This document shows positions 39,243-53,336 of a stretch of 64,000 bases of DNA, piece by piece. Every line of letters starts with the position of its first letter. Position 1 is the stretch's first letter. Both the position numbers and the translations under genes were made by a program. Origin of the DNA: Octopus vulgaris (lineage: Eukaryota); the NCBI GenBank assembly GCA_951406725.2, contig OX597824.1, forward strand, positions 60,450,001-60,514,000, in the 5' to 3' direction. The notes under the pieces are model-generated. The model worked only from the letters and a program-made list of their open reading frames with translations. It made no database searches and was not told the origin of the DNA.

Positions 39243-40304
39243 CAGCTTGTTGCTCTGGCAACGATCTCACTCATGGAGCGCTAAGAGTACCACACAAGTG
39301 AGATCGTTGCCAGAGCAACAAGCTGGCATCCGTGCCGATGGCACGTTAAAAACACCATCCAAGCGTGATCGTTACCTGTGTCGCCTTACTAGCACTTGTG
39401 CTGGTGGCACGTGAAAAAACATTCAAGCGAGGTTGCGCCCTTAAATATGGTTTCTGATTACAAATATCTTGGGTCATACATATCATCATCTGGAAAAGAC
39501 TTTCTAACTAGAAAGGGTATGGCCTGGTCAGCCTGTAATGACATGCATAAGATCTGGTCATCAAATCTAAGTAGAGACTTCAAACTTGAAATCTTCAAAG
39601 CCACAGTCGAACTAATTCTACTATATGGCTCAGAAACCTGGACATTATCAAAGAAGCTTGAGAGGCGGTTGGATGGAACCTACACTCGCCTCCTTATGAG
39701 AGCTCAAAATCTCTCGTGGAAGCGCCATCCAACCAAAATGCAAATATATGGGAAACTACCACCTGTGTCATCTCTTGTGAAAGGTAAGAGAGTCCAGTTT
39801 GCTGGACATGTTGTAGAGCTGAAAAAGAGGTAATTTCTACTCTTCTCCTCTGGAAGCCATCTACTCGCAATACCAGAGGGCGCACACTCTCCTACCCTGA
39901 TGTAATCTCCAGGGATACAGGCATCCAGCAACAGGACCTCCGTAATGCCATGATGGACTGTGAAGTCTGGCGTAGCATGGTAAATTCCATTGTCTCGACC
40001 ACGGTCGAACAATGATGATGATAATGCCACTGGACTGGCTCCTGTGCAGGTAGCATGTAAAAAGCACCATTTGAGCGTGGCTGTTGCCAGTACCGCCTGA
40101 CTGGCCCTCGTGTCAGTGGCACGTAAAAAGCACCCACTACACTTTCGGAGTGGTTGGCATTAGGAAGGGCATCCAACTGTAGAAACTCTGCCAGATCAGA
40201 TTGGAGTCTGGTGCAGCCATATGGTTCACCAGACTTCAGTCAAATTGTCCAACCCATGCTAGCATGGAAAGCAGACGTTAAACGATGATGATGATGATGA
40301 TGAT
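39243..40304 (+). mobile_element. RTE 3'-UTR element with 5' fold-back, interrupted by a different RTE-like LINE 3' end (about 39437-40021)
   Basis: Insert encodes DYKYLGSYI..FKATVELILLYGSETWTLSK..RLDGTYTRLLM..QFAGH and has its own tgatgatga tail. The host units resume at about 40024. Confidence 0.8.
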
Positions 40305-40429
40305 TGGTCCAATAAACTAACAAAAAATAGCAAATGATAAAACCTTCAGCTGGCTGCATAATGGTTGCTACATTAATCTTCTAGATTGCTGTAAAAGTAG
40401 CAGTGGTTAAGCATCAAACTAAACAAAAG

Positions 40430-40583
40430 GTGTGGCTGTGTGGTAGGGAGCATTGTTCCCAATCACATGGTTCAGGGTTCAGTAGAAGATACTTACCTTG
40501 GGTAAGTGTCTTCTACTATAGGTTCAGGCTGACCATAGCCTTGTGAGTGGATTTGGTTGACAGAAACTCGTTGTATATATATA

Positions 40584-40619
<36 letters not shown>

Positions 40620-40890
40620 TGTATGTTTGTATGTGTGTATGTGTGTGTATATGTGTGTGTGCGAGTGCATCTTTGTGTCTGTATCTGTCCCCCACTACTG
40701 CTTAACAACCAGTGCTGGTGTGTTTATGTCCTCATAACTTAGCAGTTCAGCAAAAGAAATCAATAGAATAAGTACAAGGCTTAAAAAGAAATAAATATTG
40801 GGGTTGACACATTTAACTGAAAATTCTTCAAGGTGGCACCCCAGCATGGCCACAGTCTAATGATGAAAGAATTCTAAAAAATGATAAAAG
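40430..40890 (+). mobile_element. SINE family A with internal (GT)n
   Basis: Head and tail homologous to 52925-53295. Confidence 0.75.
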
Positions 40891-41689
40891 ATACAAATAC
40901 ACAAAAAGTGATTGAATTTACAGATACTGTGTGGCAAAGAAATTGATAAACATACGATGTATACATACACAAACTGCATGCGAAATGCAAGTGAGTCAGT
41001 ATCTTCTGTGTGTGTTTTCCTACGACTATGTCTGTAGAAAGTGACTGAGTAACAGTTTAAGGTTTTATTATACAGGCACCTATGAAATGTAATGCCTTGC
41101 TACTGCATATTTTTTAGTCAAGTTTAACAGTTGGTAATTTTGAGAATGTTTGTAACAGGATTCTGTATTATAAAAGGCATTTGTTAGTACCATCTTAAGG
41201 CAAAAACACACTGGGCAATTATTCTGGAGCCTCTACAGATCTAGGGTAGCAATGCTAGTCTACATATGCAGTGATTGAGCATTGCTTTGTCCAAGGGTCC
41301 ATAATGTTGATAAAACAGTCCTGTGACCTGGTGCTAAATAACAACAGCAATAACATTAACTAGTTTCTCAACATTGGAAGAATGAGCGAGTGAAATAAGA
41401 TATTTCTCAAATTGAAGGCATTTCATTGGGAAATTTACATCAAATGTCTAATAAATTCTGCTTTATTAAATTCTTTACCCCTCATCTTCCTCCTTCTCCC
41501 AACACCTCAACGCTCTCACCACCACCACAACCACCACCTATTCTTATTAACGTTTTTCTTTCCATGCCTACATAGGTTGCATAGATTGAAATAGAGCACA
41601 TTTCCACAGAAATTGATTCTGTGTTTTCTCTAGAGGCACTCACCTTCTCACCTAACAATAAAGAAGTGGAATTGAATCTGTACATGTGC

Positions 41690-41731
<42 letters not shown>

Positions 41732-42109
41732 CATTGACACAACGATTAATTGATTTTATTGCAGTTGTCGCCATTGTCTGGTGATTTTTTTTTTTGCGTG
41801 TTTTTTTGTTTTAAAAACATTTTGAGGGATGTTTGGTTAACAAGTTGCATGAATAATCTTAGTTAATCAAAGTTGTTCTTTCAACTCACAAAAGAAAAAT
41901 CAAGGGACCAAGGCAGAAAGAGAGAGAGAGAGAGAGAGGATATCCTCTTTTTTACTCTCTATTTGTTTCAATCATTTGACTGTGCCCATGCTGGAGCACC
42001 ACCTTTAGTTGAGCTAATCAAACCCAGGACTTATTCTTTGTAAGCCTACTACTTATTCTATCAGTCTATTTTGCCGAACTGCTAAGTTACGGGGACGTAA
42101 ACACACCAG

Positions 42110-44100
42110 TCCCTGGCCCATCAGAAATCATTGCTGAGATGCTTAAAATTTCTGGCAGTGTAGGTCACCTATATTGTAAATTAGGTGGTTCACGAAGGAG
42201 TCATACCCAGTGACTGGTGTTGCCACATCATAGTCAACAGCTACAAAGGTAAAAATGATGCTTTAGATAGAAATAATTACGGAGGTATGAAATTGTTGGA
42301 TCAGTTGATGAAAGTTATGGAGTGGGCCATAGCCGAACTAATTAGGAAGAGAGTTAGTCTAGATGAGATGCAGTTTGATTTTGTGTTAGGGAGAAGCACC
42401 ACTGATGCTATATTTTTGGTAAAGCAGCTGTAGAAGAAGTACCTAGCCAAAGATAAACCTCCGTACTTAGCTTTTGTTGACTTGGAGAAAGCCTTTGACT
42501 GCCCCCCACCCAGTCCATCATCTGGTGGTCAATGCAGAAATTAGGGATAGACAAATGGTTGGCGAGAGCTGTACAAGCCATGTACAGAGACGCTACCACT
42601 AGGGTGAAGGTTGGCAATGAGTACAGCAAAAAATTCAGAGTACAAGTAGGTGTTCACCAAGGATCGGTCTTCAACCACCTCTTGTTCATCATAGTCCTCC
42701 AGGCAATAACAGAGAAATTAAAGACAGGCTACCCCTTGAAGCTCCTCTATGCTGATGACTGTGTTCCTATAGTTGAATCACTAACAGAACTAGAGAAGAA
42801 GTTTCAGATATGGAAGCAAGGTCTAGAATCGAAGGGCCTTAGAGTTAACCTAGAAAAAACCAAAGTCTTAGTAAGTAGGAAGGCAGACAAACCACAAATC
42901 CCTTCAAGTAGATGGCCCTGCTCGATCTGTAGGAAAGGCATAGGTAGAAACTCCATAAGATATACCTAGTGTAAGCTATGGGCACATATGTGGTGCAACA
43001 ATATCAGAGGAAAGTTAACAGGGAAAATTGCTTTTGAGTGTGGAAGACGCACAGGTACAATAAACACTGAAAATGTACAGAAAATAGACTCCATCAACTG
43101 CCAGTGAGGTAAGCTAGAGGTAGTAGATAGCTTCCATTATCTAGGTGACTAAGTTAGTAGTGAAGATAGATGCTCTGAGAGTGTAGCTGTTGGAATAAGA
43201 TTAGGCTGGGCAAAGTTCAGAGAGCTCCTACCACTGCTGGCAACAAAGGGCCTCTCTTAGAGTGAAAGGCAGATTGTATGATGCCTGTATGTGAACAGCC
43301 ATGCTAAATGGCAGTGAAACATGGGCTGTGACTGCTGAGGACATGTGTTGGCTTGAAAGAAATGTAGCCAGTATGCTTTGCTGGAGTGCAATGTCAGTGT
43401 ATATGTTCAACAGAGTGTAAGCATCTTGATAGAAAAGTTGGGTGTAAGAGGTATCAGATGTGATGTGCAAGAGAGACGACTGCACTGGTATGGTCATGTT
43501 ATGCGGATGGATGAAGACATCTGTGTAAAGAAGTGCCAATCTCTAACTGTGGAGGAAACCTGTGATAGAGGTAGACCCTAGAAGGACAAGGTGGTGAAGC
43601 GTGATCTTTGAATTTTGGGCCTCACAGAGGCAATGACTAATGACTGAGATCTTTGGCAATATGCTGTTCTTGAGAAGATCCATCAAGCCAAGTGAAATCG
43701 TAGTTGTGGCTGATGCTGGTGTCATGTAACTGGCACCCATGCCAGTGGCACGTAAAAAGCACCTTTTGAGTGTTGGGTCACACAGAGGCAAAGTGGCTTA
43801 TGCTGGTCGTACATGAAAAGCTCGTTTTGAGTGTTGGGCAATGACCGAGACCTTTGGCATTATGTTTTGCTTGAGAAGAAAACCCATCAATCCAAGTAAA
43901 ATTGCAGTCATGGCAGATACCGGTGTCATGCAAATGGCACTCATGCCAGTGGAGTAGTTGGCGTTAGGAAGGGCATCCAGGTATAGAAACCATGCCAAGT
44001 TAAACTAGAGTCTTGTGCAGCCTTCCAGCTTGCCAGCCCTGGTCAAACCGTCCAACTCATGCCAGCATGGACAACAGATGTTAAATGGTGATGATGATGA
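42110..44100 (+). mobile_element. RTE-clade LINE, RT through 3' UTR, decayed
   Basis: IPSDW..YKGK.DALDRNNYGG.KLL, GRSTTDAIF, FVDLEKAFD, GVHQGS, LLYADD, cysteine-rich WPCSICRKG insert, RRLHWYGHVMRM, (GAT)n tail. Confidence 0.9.
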
Positions 44101-46103
44101 CACACACGCACACACACCGGTGATCTAAACGAATAAGTATGCTTGGTAAGTGCTATAATTAGTCATCTGCCAAGTTACAAGTTCATGGTTGAAGCTGGAG
44201 CTAGGAATCCATATTAGGCTTCTGAGTCAGCGGATATATATAATACTAGCTTAAAAGCTGCTTATCATGTGACTTTTAAGCTAGCTCCTGTGGAAGGCTC
44301 TTCATTAGGCTTTGCGCCCAACAATGACACTTCATGCATTGGGTACATATTAAATTTTATTAAACTTGAACAATATTTTTCAAGCAATGAACAATTTTCA
44401 TCAAAACAATGATATAATTTGTTGACTTGGAACTTATTGCAAAGCTGCATGATGAACAACATTTTTTGTCTACTCATTCAGGGGTCAGATCAATTTTTTT
44501 CTATCTAACCTCTTTCTCTCTTTCTTTTTCTGCTGATTGTTTTCATCCTTCACCATCATCAGTATCACCACCATAACTGCCAAGCACACACCATTCAGAC
44601 TTCTGACGCCACCACCATCAATACCTTTGACTTTTCTGCCTTCTTCACCACCATCACTACTGTCTTTCCCATTGTTTTCTCTCACATCATCCCTGACTCC
44701 CTACCCCAATCATCACCACCACCTCTGCCTCTATCACAACTACAGCTCATACTATTACTATCACCATACTATTACCATAACAAAAAGATTAAATGTGTGT
44801 CTTTGTTCAGTATGTTATTCAGCATGTTACTTCAGTGTGCAGTCCCTCTCTCTCTCTTATTATTACTCCTACTGCCACCATCAACACTATTACTTTTAAT
44901 AAAACATCATCAACTCTCCCTAAATTTCTTTGTTTCTCTTTCTCTCCCTCTCTTTTTCTTTCTCTTTCTCTCTCTCTCTGTCTTCACTACCACTCTCACC
45001 ATCTCTATGCCTACTATTACTCTCACCCCATCATGAGGAATAGTAGGAGTGTCATTGAATAGTGAGAGAGGGGGTCTAAGTGTGACACACTGATACACAG
45101 AAATTAGTTTGCACATTTATTATGTTAGATTTGAGGAAAAAGGACAGTAAAAACCAAGGCAGGACAAGCATGTCAAGTAATTTAGAATATTTAATTAGGG
45201 TAAGGTGAATTTGAAGTCTTACAGCTGTTTCTGGGCTATCCAAGTGATAGGCTAGCATGTTCGTACCCTGGGTATTCCATCAAGATGAGTATGTGTGAAA
45301 GTTCTAGACAGGGAAATTCACAGTCTATAAGGAATAAAATAATGAATAAAATAGTAGATAAAAGAATAAAGAGTAAAGTAGTAGATAGAAGAATGCAGAT
45401 AGGAGAATAAGGTTCACAGTTCATCTTCCAGAGGCAATTGAGGTTGGTCCATACTTCCATGAAAGTATACTTCCCTTAGGTATAATCCCAGATATATCCA
45501 AGCAATACTTTGGCAGTATTTTGAATGTTGTGTTCATGTTGAAGGAATAGAATTAAGTGGTTAGCTAATCAATGCAGCAACAACACTAGACAACTCAAGC
45601 ACACATGCGCTGCCAATAAAACGTAGAGTGTATTGCAAAAGGTCCTTGTGGCATATAACTATGATTACCGGCATTGTGCCTTACATAGCGACCAAAGTGG
45701 GACTGAAGCCAGAACCATGTGGTTGGTAAGCAAGCTACTTACCACACAGCCATTCCTGCGCCTATATAATATATCTAAAGAGATTTTTTTCTGTAAGGCT
45801 GGAACAATGCAAGAATGTACAAAGTAAACTATAATAATGGTTTAGTAAGCTGGACATAAGGTAATTTAATCTTGTATAATGTATATATATATGTTTAAAT
45901 ACATATATATATTGATTAAAACAGAAATGAAAAGGCAAACCATTTGAAAAGACTTGACAAGGATATTTAATTTAGATATATGATAAATAGGTATACATAG
46001 TTGGAGTCACCTGACAAAAATTCCTTGTTAAGTTTATATATATATTCATTCATTCTCATTCACATTTGAATATATATATAAATATATATACATACATGTA
46101 TGT

Positions 46104-46402
46104 ATGGCCCAGTGGTTAGGGCAGCAGACTTGCGGTCGTAGGATCACGGTTTCGATTCCCAGACCGGGTGTTGTGCGTGTTTATTGAGTGAAAACACCTA
46201 AAGCTCCACGAGGCTCCGGCAGGGGTTGGTGGTGATCCCTGCTGTATTCTTTCACCACAACTCTCTCTCACTCTTTCTCCTGTTGGCCTGCTCGCTTAGC
46301 CAGTGGGGTGGCATCAGTTGAAGGCTAAAACAATGCAAAGCGCATTGTGACCAGCGATGTGTAGCAATATCTGATAGCCTGGTTGGTCACGGTGATCACG
46401 AT
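46104..46402 (+). mobile_element. tRNA(Arg)-like-headed SINE, intact-looking
   Basis: tggcccagtggttagg A-box, anticodon-arm-like gacttGCGgtc, ggtttcgattccc B-box, no tRNA 3' end, about 230-bp body, TA-rich flanks. Confidence 0.75.
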
Positions 46403-46893
46403 GATATATACATACATACTAACTAACTAACATACATATATATATGTACATTTATATATGTATGTATATGTGTGTGTGTGTATATGTGCCTCCCCCACCC
46501 ATTTGATGAATTAAAATAAAGCAACTCTGAGTAATATAAAAATAGTAACAATATGTGTTTAATCTGATTTATTATAAATAGATTCATTTTTTCCCACAAC
46601 TTGTTCAATTAAAAACAGTACAACTGAATACAATTGTTTGTCTGGTGTTTTATTTGTTTACACCTAGAAAAGGAATTTCTTATCTATTTTTGTTAATGAA
46701 TCTCACTGACTAAATCAATTATTCATTCTGTAACATGATGGTGGTGTCCAATTATTGCAGGCTGCTGTAATTTGGAGGACCAATTCTTCAGTTGGCTCAA
46801 CTGAATTCTATTTTCTGTGTAGTGTTGTTTATGAAGGAGATATATACTAGAGGGGGAAATGGCTGATGTGTGCATGTTGATGTGTGTGTATTA

Positions 46894-46924
<31 letters not shown>

Positions 46925-46958
46925 TGTATGTATGTATGTATGTATGTATGTATGTATG

Positions 46959-46989
<31 letters not shown>

Positions 46990-47036
46990 ATATATATATA
47001 TATATATACACATACATACATACATACATACATACA

Positions 47037-47118
<82 letters not shown>

Positions 47119-47119
<1 letters not shown>

Positions 47120-47672
47120 TAGGTTGTCTGGAAAGTTCGTGCTGATTTATAGTAGCTTACCTTTCGACTTATTTTAGAACATGATTGAGTCCATAAAATA
47201 GGATTTGACTACACCTCCATTTAGAGCACAGTTTAAGCTATCTTTTCATGGAAGAAGGTTTATGTTCCTATAACCTGTGTTAATTCTGTAACCCTTTAAA
47301 ATGGAAGATAAGAAAGTTCATTTTCGGCACTTGATGTTTTGGGAACCAGACAAAAATTGCTGCAGCTCGGCTGAGATGCTTTACCCCACCCTCCATATTC
47401 ACCAGATATTGCTCCTTCGGATTTCCACTTATTCAGGCCTCTGCAGAATAATCTTAATGGTAAAAATTTCAATTCCTTGGATGATGTAAAAAGATACCTT
47501 GATGAATTCTTTGCCATGAAACCACCTCAATTCTGGGAAGAAGGTATTTTCTAGTTATAGGAAAGATGGAGATGCAATGGTTCATATTTGGTTGATTAAA
47601 AATGTAATGGCAAGTATTTATTGACCTTTTTCTTTCCTTTAAAAATCGGCACAAACTTTCCAGACAATCCAA
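47119..47672 (+). mobile_element. Internally deleted mariner (554 bp)
   Basis: TIRs ttaggttgtctggaaagttcgtgctgattt / aaatcggcacaaactttccagacaatccaa with TA flanks. MEDKKVHFRHLMFWE joined to YSPDIAPSDFHLFRPLQNNLNGK. Confidence 0.9.
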
Positions 47673-48218
47673 TATATATATATATATAAATATATACATA
47701 TATACATATATATACATATATACATACATACACACACACATATATGTATATATGGTGAATTTTTATACATATGTGTGTGTGTGATGCAAATGTATATATA
47801 TATATGTATATATATACACAGACACACACACGCATGCATATATCTCTGTCTGTATGTGTCTGTATATATATGTATATATTTGTATATGTATAGATATCTA
47901 TATGCATGTTTCTATATGTATTTATGTCTCCATGTATGTGTGTGCATGTGTGTCTATATACATTCCCTTTCCTTTTACTCTTTTACTTGTTTCAGTCATT
48001 TGACTGCGGCCATACTAGAGCATCTCCTTTAGTTGAACAAACTGATCCCAGGACTTGTTCTTTGTAAGCCTAGTACTTACTTGATCAGACACTTTTGCTA
48101 CAACTGCTAAGTTACACCAACATTGGTTGTCAAGCAATGGGGGAGGGAGGGCAAACACAAACACAAATACAAATACATACATACATACATACATACATAC
48201 ATACATACATACATACAT

Positions 48219-48319
<101 letters not shown>

Positions 48320-48402
48320 CACGACAGGCTTTTTCCAGTTTCCATCTATGAAATCCACTCACAAAGCTTTGGTTGGGACTGAACTCAGAATCATATATAT
48401 AA

Positions 48403-48444
<42 letters not shown>

Positions 48445-48547
48445 GTAAATGTATCTGTATATATATATATATAAAGTAACAAACTGAGGAAAAGAAATCC
48501 TTCAAAGAGGTGTGCTAAACATATATATATATATATATATGTATATA

Positions 48548-49832
48548 TTGGGTGTGATGTGTAAATTGTCGCCATTTTATATCTTTAATTTAATGTGTGT
48601 GCATTCTTGTTTTTGATTTTGTCGACTACACAGTATAGTAGGGTAAGTTGGGCACCATTTGTGAGAAAAACAACACCATGGCACAATTCACTCTGCCAGA
48701 AATTTGGAAACAACATGCTGTACTACTTGGCATTCACACAGAAAACTTCAATATGAACATTTCAGAGTGTTTGGGTGAAATCTGAGGATAGTGCAGAGAA
48801 TTCGGAAAGAGTTGGATGTGTCTAATGGTGATTACGAAGGTACAACAGCTCATAAAACTCACTCTGATAGGTCTGGTAAGAAAAGAATTCCTGAATTTGT
48901 TAGTGAGATCCAGTCCATGATCGACAACAATCGCTCCAAGTCAGTCAGGTCCATCGCCAGAGACATGGGAGTGTCTGAGTTTCTTATCAGGCAGGTAGTG
49001 TATGAAGACATTTGGTATTCTTCAAACAAGATGGCAAAGGGCCAATTTTTATCCCAAACCATCAAGGACAAGAGGAAAGACTGTGCTATAAAGCTTTTGA
49101 ACAAACTCAAGCATCCCCTTCAACCGAACATGTTTTGGTTTTCTGAGATGAGAAAATTTCTACCAGGATCAGATGGTGGACACACAGAACAATCGTTGGC
49201 TTGCCGTGTCCTCAAAACATGTACCGAGAATGATAAAAATCAAACATCCAATCAACATCATGGTGTTTGGGGTGATCACTAGTGATGGCGACATTATGCC
49301 TCCATTCATCTTCCCACACGGCCTCAAACTCAACACGGAGGCCTACATCAAGTGCCTGGAGGAGGTAGTGCTGCCTTAAGTCAAGAGGGTGGCTGCTGGA
49401 AGACCCTATATATATGCACCATGTCACACAAGTAAGAGAACCCAGTCATAGCTGTCAGACAATTTCTGTGACCACATCATCCCTAACATCTGGCTACCTA
49501 ACAACTCCCCAGGCAACAGCCACCTTGATTATTATGTGTGGAGCGCATTTGAGCAAGAGACCAGAAAAACTTCTAACATCAAAGATGAACTGAAGGCAAG
49601 GATTATAGCAACATTCACAAACTTAAACAAGGAGACTCTTTAGAAGAGTTGCAGGAGATTCTGAAGACGTCTGAAGGCTGAGGTTGAAGCCAATGGCAAG
49701 TTTATTGAATGAATTTACTCTTTAGTATTTCAAGATATTTTTATGTAATTTTGGCAAATGTATCTGTTAAAATGAGATGTCAATGTTATTTTCATTTTTG
49801 GGTAATTTAGATGACAGTTTATTCACTCCACC

Positions 49833-49835
<3 letters not shown>
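48548..49835 (+). mobile_element. Full-length decayed Tc1/mariner element, maT (DD37D)-like
   Basis: Degenerate TIRs in (TA)n. HTH SVRSIARDMGVSEFLIRQVV, FWFSDE remnant, IMVFGVITSDGDIMPPFIF, LDYYVW. Confidence 0.85.
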
Positions 49836-49904
<69 letters not shown>

Positions 49905-50714
49905 GTAGTGGCTTCATGCAGGCATAGCATGGATTCGATCCTCAATCACCAAATTTAACTTAACAGTTCAACAGCACAATAGTTTTTCTGTGAGTGACAG
50001 CAGTTACATTTACCAGATGCCTTCGCTAAGTAGAAGAATGTTTTTGCCACTTGACCCTTCTAACCTCTTCTATTTCACCAAAAGTTAGAATAGAGATAAC
50101 AGGTACCTCCAACAAAATCTATTGTTCTCAACAATATGTCTATCCTTCTGGCTAGTTTTGGTTAGTTATAAAAACAAAAACTCCGTAAGCTAAAGCCAGT
50201 TAGTGAGAGCGACCATCAGTTGAGTGTGGATGGACAACTAAAGTCATGGCCACAAACGGGCAGCCACTAGAGACCAAACAGCCAGAGGGAAAAAGAAAGT
50301 TACAATCAGCGACTATGTGAGACAGCTTCTGTCGACTCTCTCACTTTCACTAACTCATTTTCTTTTCTCTCTAACATTATAATATCTCTCTCTATAAACT
50401 ACTATGAGATTGTGTACACACCCCGGTTAAAATTAACTCTTTTTTTCCTCACACGCTTTTCCATTTACCAATTATACATACCAACCCATCATGGTTTTGG
50501 ATATACACAAAGTAACGGTAAATAAATATTTCTTCACAACTTCCATCATTGTTCTTCTTCTATCTTGCATACTGGCAACCAACACCTTAACAACAACCGT
50601 TACAACTGGTGATCCCGACGTTGCACCATAATAACACTACCGTTACATACATATATATATACACACACATACATGCATACATACATACATACATACATAC
50701 ATACATACATACAT

Positions 50715-50815
<101 letters not shown>

Positions 50816-50819
50816 CACA

Positions 50820-51022
50820 CTTTATTTAAAAGCAGCAGAAATATAACAAAAGCTGTTACTCCGAGTTTCACGTTCCTGTTCGTCGGACAGTTTTGCTAAA
50901 ATAGAACCGAAATAACAATTTGATCAAAACTAGCTAAACGATGCACCTTTAAAAATGGATTGTTTCATTGGTCCTTTCAAATAACGGTCATAGGCAAGCG
51001 ACAAAAAAAACAAAACAAAATA
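50820..51022 (-). mobile_element. Penelope-like element terminal repeat fragment with hammerhead-like motif (50853-50890)
   Basis: Minus strand reads ctgt-CCGACGA-acaggaacgt-GAAA-ctcggag-TA-acag. Homologous to the arms of the palindrome at 52295. Confidence 0.55.
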
Positions 51023-52238
51023 AATATATATATATATATATGTGTAGTAGACTAGCAAGGATAGCTGAAATACGTCCCATTGCAGATAAACGCCACTAGG
51101 TAGCGTCGCAACTGACCCTTGCATATTCCAGTGGTTGAGAGCTTTCTTTCTCTCTCACCGCTTGAACACTAAAAAGCACGGATCTCTCTTTCAGTTTACC
51201 TACACCAGGACAGCATGCAGGAGCTTCACTGAAATGTTCTGACTACTGCTATTTTTCTCTGACCACACGTTCAACAAAGTATACTTGTTATTCTCAAAAT
51301 GTTTTGCTTGAGTTGTGTTAACTCCAGTAATTTCTATAAACTCTTCATGTGTGTACTGCATATATTTGACTGAGACACTGCAGCTCATTGCTTTCCCTCA
51401 CAACAAGAAAAATGAGTTAACATTAAATGATGTCTCATTTCCTTATTGTATCCTTTGCATAAAAATTAGTGGTAACATCTTATTTACACCCAACCACTGA
51501 AAAGTAGTTGACCCTGATAAAAGATACTTCTGCCTTCTGATGAAAACCATCATTTACTCAACTACACTCACATGGTCAACGAAGATATTTCTACCTTTGG
51601 AGATGAAACTCAGCGTTTAACTTTGGTGATCCCTGTATTCAGGAATCTATTCTCTTCCATGTGCATCATTGCCTCCACATACAAACATTCTTTTCGGAAG
51701 GCTCTTTTTAAATTAGCAGTATAGAGAAGATACAGCAAGCTCAAGAAATGGTAATGGAGACCTGGTTCACCATTGCCATCTCTCAGATCACTGCTCTGTA
51801 TTCTTCTTTGGTGCACATTGCTAGTGGAGTGGCCATGCCTACACTGTAAATCCAGAAAGAAAAATGGCGTGACCAGGTTCAAACTTCGATCACGTAACCA
51901 CAATAGTACCAACTATAAGCACGAATGCGCAGAAGGCAGTGTGACAATATTGAAAATATATTATAGCGAAAGTGCGGATAATTCTTTACTTCACCTTGTG
52001 TATATATATATATATATATATATGTACTTATACACACACACGCATGCGAGTGGGTAGACAAGTGAAAGAAAGGCACTGAACACATTTAGGAGTTACATTT
52101 ATGAATCAAATCAGTTTGATTGAAACTCCTTGGTACTAGTCTTCAGCCATAAGAACTTGAATTGAACTTCCCATGGCCGAAGACTAGCGTCATACTTAAA
52201 ACTCAGGTTACCAAGGAGTTTGAATCAAACTGTTTTGA

Positions 52239-52294
<56 letters not shown>

Positions 52295-52295
<1 letters not shown>

Positions 52296-52522
52296 TTTAT
52301 TTAAAGCAGCAGAAAATTCAACAAAACCTGTTACTCTGAGTTTCCTGTTGCCGTTCATCGGACAGTTTTTGCTAGCAAAACTGTCCGATGAATGGCAACG
52401 GGAAACTCAGAGTAACAGGTTTTGTTGAATTTTCTGCTGCTTTAAATAAAGCATATTACTCTACCACTGGTATTTGAGTACTCTTTTTTCCACCTTGTTT
52501 AACATTTATGTGTTTACTCCGG
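52295..52522. mobile_element. Palindromic Penelope-like terminal fragment in (TA)n
   Basis: About 78-bp arms (52295-52373 / 52374-52451), loopless centre gctagc, plus a 70-bp unique tail. Confidence 0.6.
52381..52418 (+). ncRNA. Minimal type-I hammerhead ribozyme-like motif (U4C core variant; mirror copy on minus strand at 52328-52365)
   Basis: Stem I ctgt/acag, core CCGATGA, GAAA, short stem III ctc-a-gag, GUA cleavage triplet. Stem II is poorly paired in this copy. Confidence 0.45.
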
Positions 52523-52634
52523 TATATATATATATATATATATCATAATAATATTAGGGAGTATAACTCCAAACTTACAGGGAAAAATTCAATTTAGTAT
52601 TAAATCAAATTTCACAATATACTATATTGTGGTG

Positions 52635-52840
52635 GATACTGGTGTTACATAACTGGCACCCATGCCAGTGGCACGTAAAAGCACCCATTACACTCTCAGA
52701 GTAGTTGACATTAGTAAGGGCATCCAGCCTTAGAAATCATACCAAATCAGACTGGTGTCTGGTGCAGCCCCTCAGTTTACCAGGCCTGGTCAAATCGTCC
52801 AATCCATGCCAGCATGGACAACAGATGTTAAAAGATGATA
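52635..52840 (+). mobile_element. RTE 3'-UTR-derived short element
   Basis: gccagtggcacgtaaaagcacc..aagggcatccag..ccatgccagcatggaca. Confidence 0.7.
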
Positions 52841-52924
52841 TAAGCATATATGCAAATCAAGAGAAAGCAAAAGGTGGAAACTTTCTGATGCTGAATTATA
52901 AATTTTATATATATATATAGGTGC

Positions 52925-53295
52925 AGGAATGGCTGTGTGGTAAGTAGCTGGCTTACCAACCACATGGTTCTGGGTTCATTCCCACTGTGTGGCACCTTGG
53001 GCAAGTGTCTTCTACTATAGCCTTGGGTCGACCAAAGCCTTGTGAGTGGATTTGGTTGATAGAAACTGAAAGAAGCCTGTCGCATATATGTATGTCTGTG
53101 TATATGTTTGTGTGTCTGTATTTGTCCCCCCAACTTCGCTTGACAACCGATGGTAGTGTGTTTACGTCCCCAGAACTTAGCGATTCGGCAAAAGAGACTG
53201 ATAGAATAAGTACTAGGCTTCCAAAGAATAAGTCCTGGAGTCGATTTGCTCAACTAAAGGTGGTGCTCTAGCATGGCTGAAACAAGCAAATGATA
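52925..53295 (+). mobile_element. SINE family A, full-length reference copy
   Basis: tggctgtgtggtaag A-box, gggttcattccc B-box, body and A-rich tail. About ten related copies in the window. Confidence 0.85.
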
Positions 53296-53336
53296 AAAAA
53301 AAACTAATAAGATAAACGTATATATATATATATTGT

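Noticed and set aside
46104-46180. tRNA-Arg gene
   Set aside because: No acceptor-stem closure or terminator; it continues into a SINE body.
51150-51840. Complex sequence suggesting a coding region on the minus strand
   Set aside because: Multiple stops and no recognisable motif; likely a decayed transposon interior.
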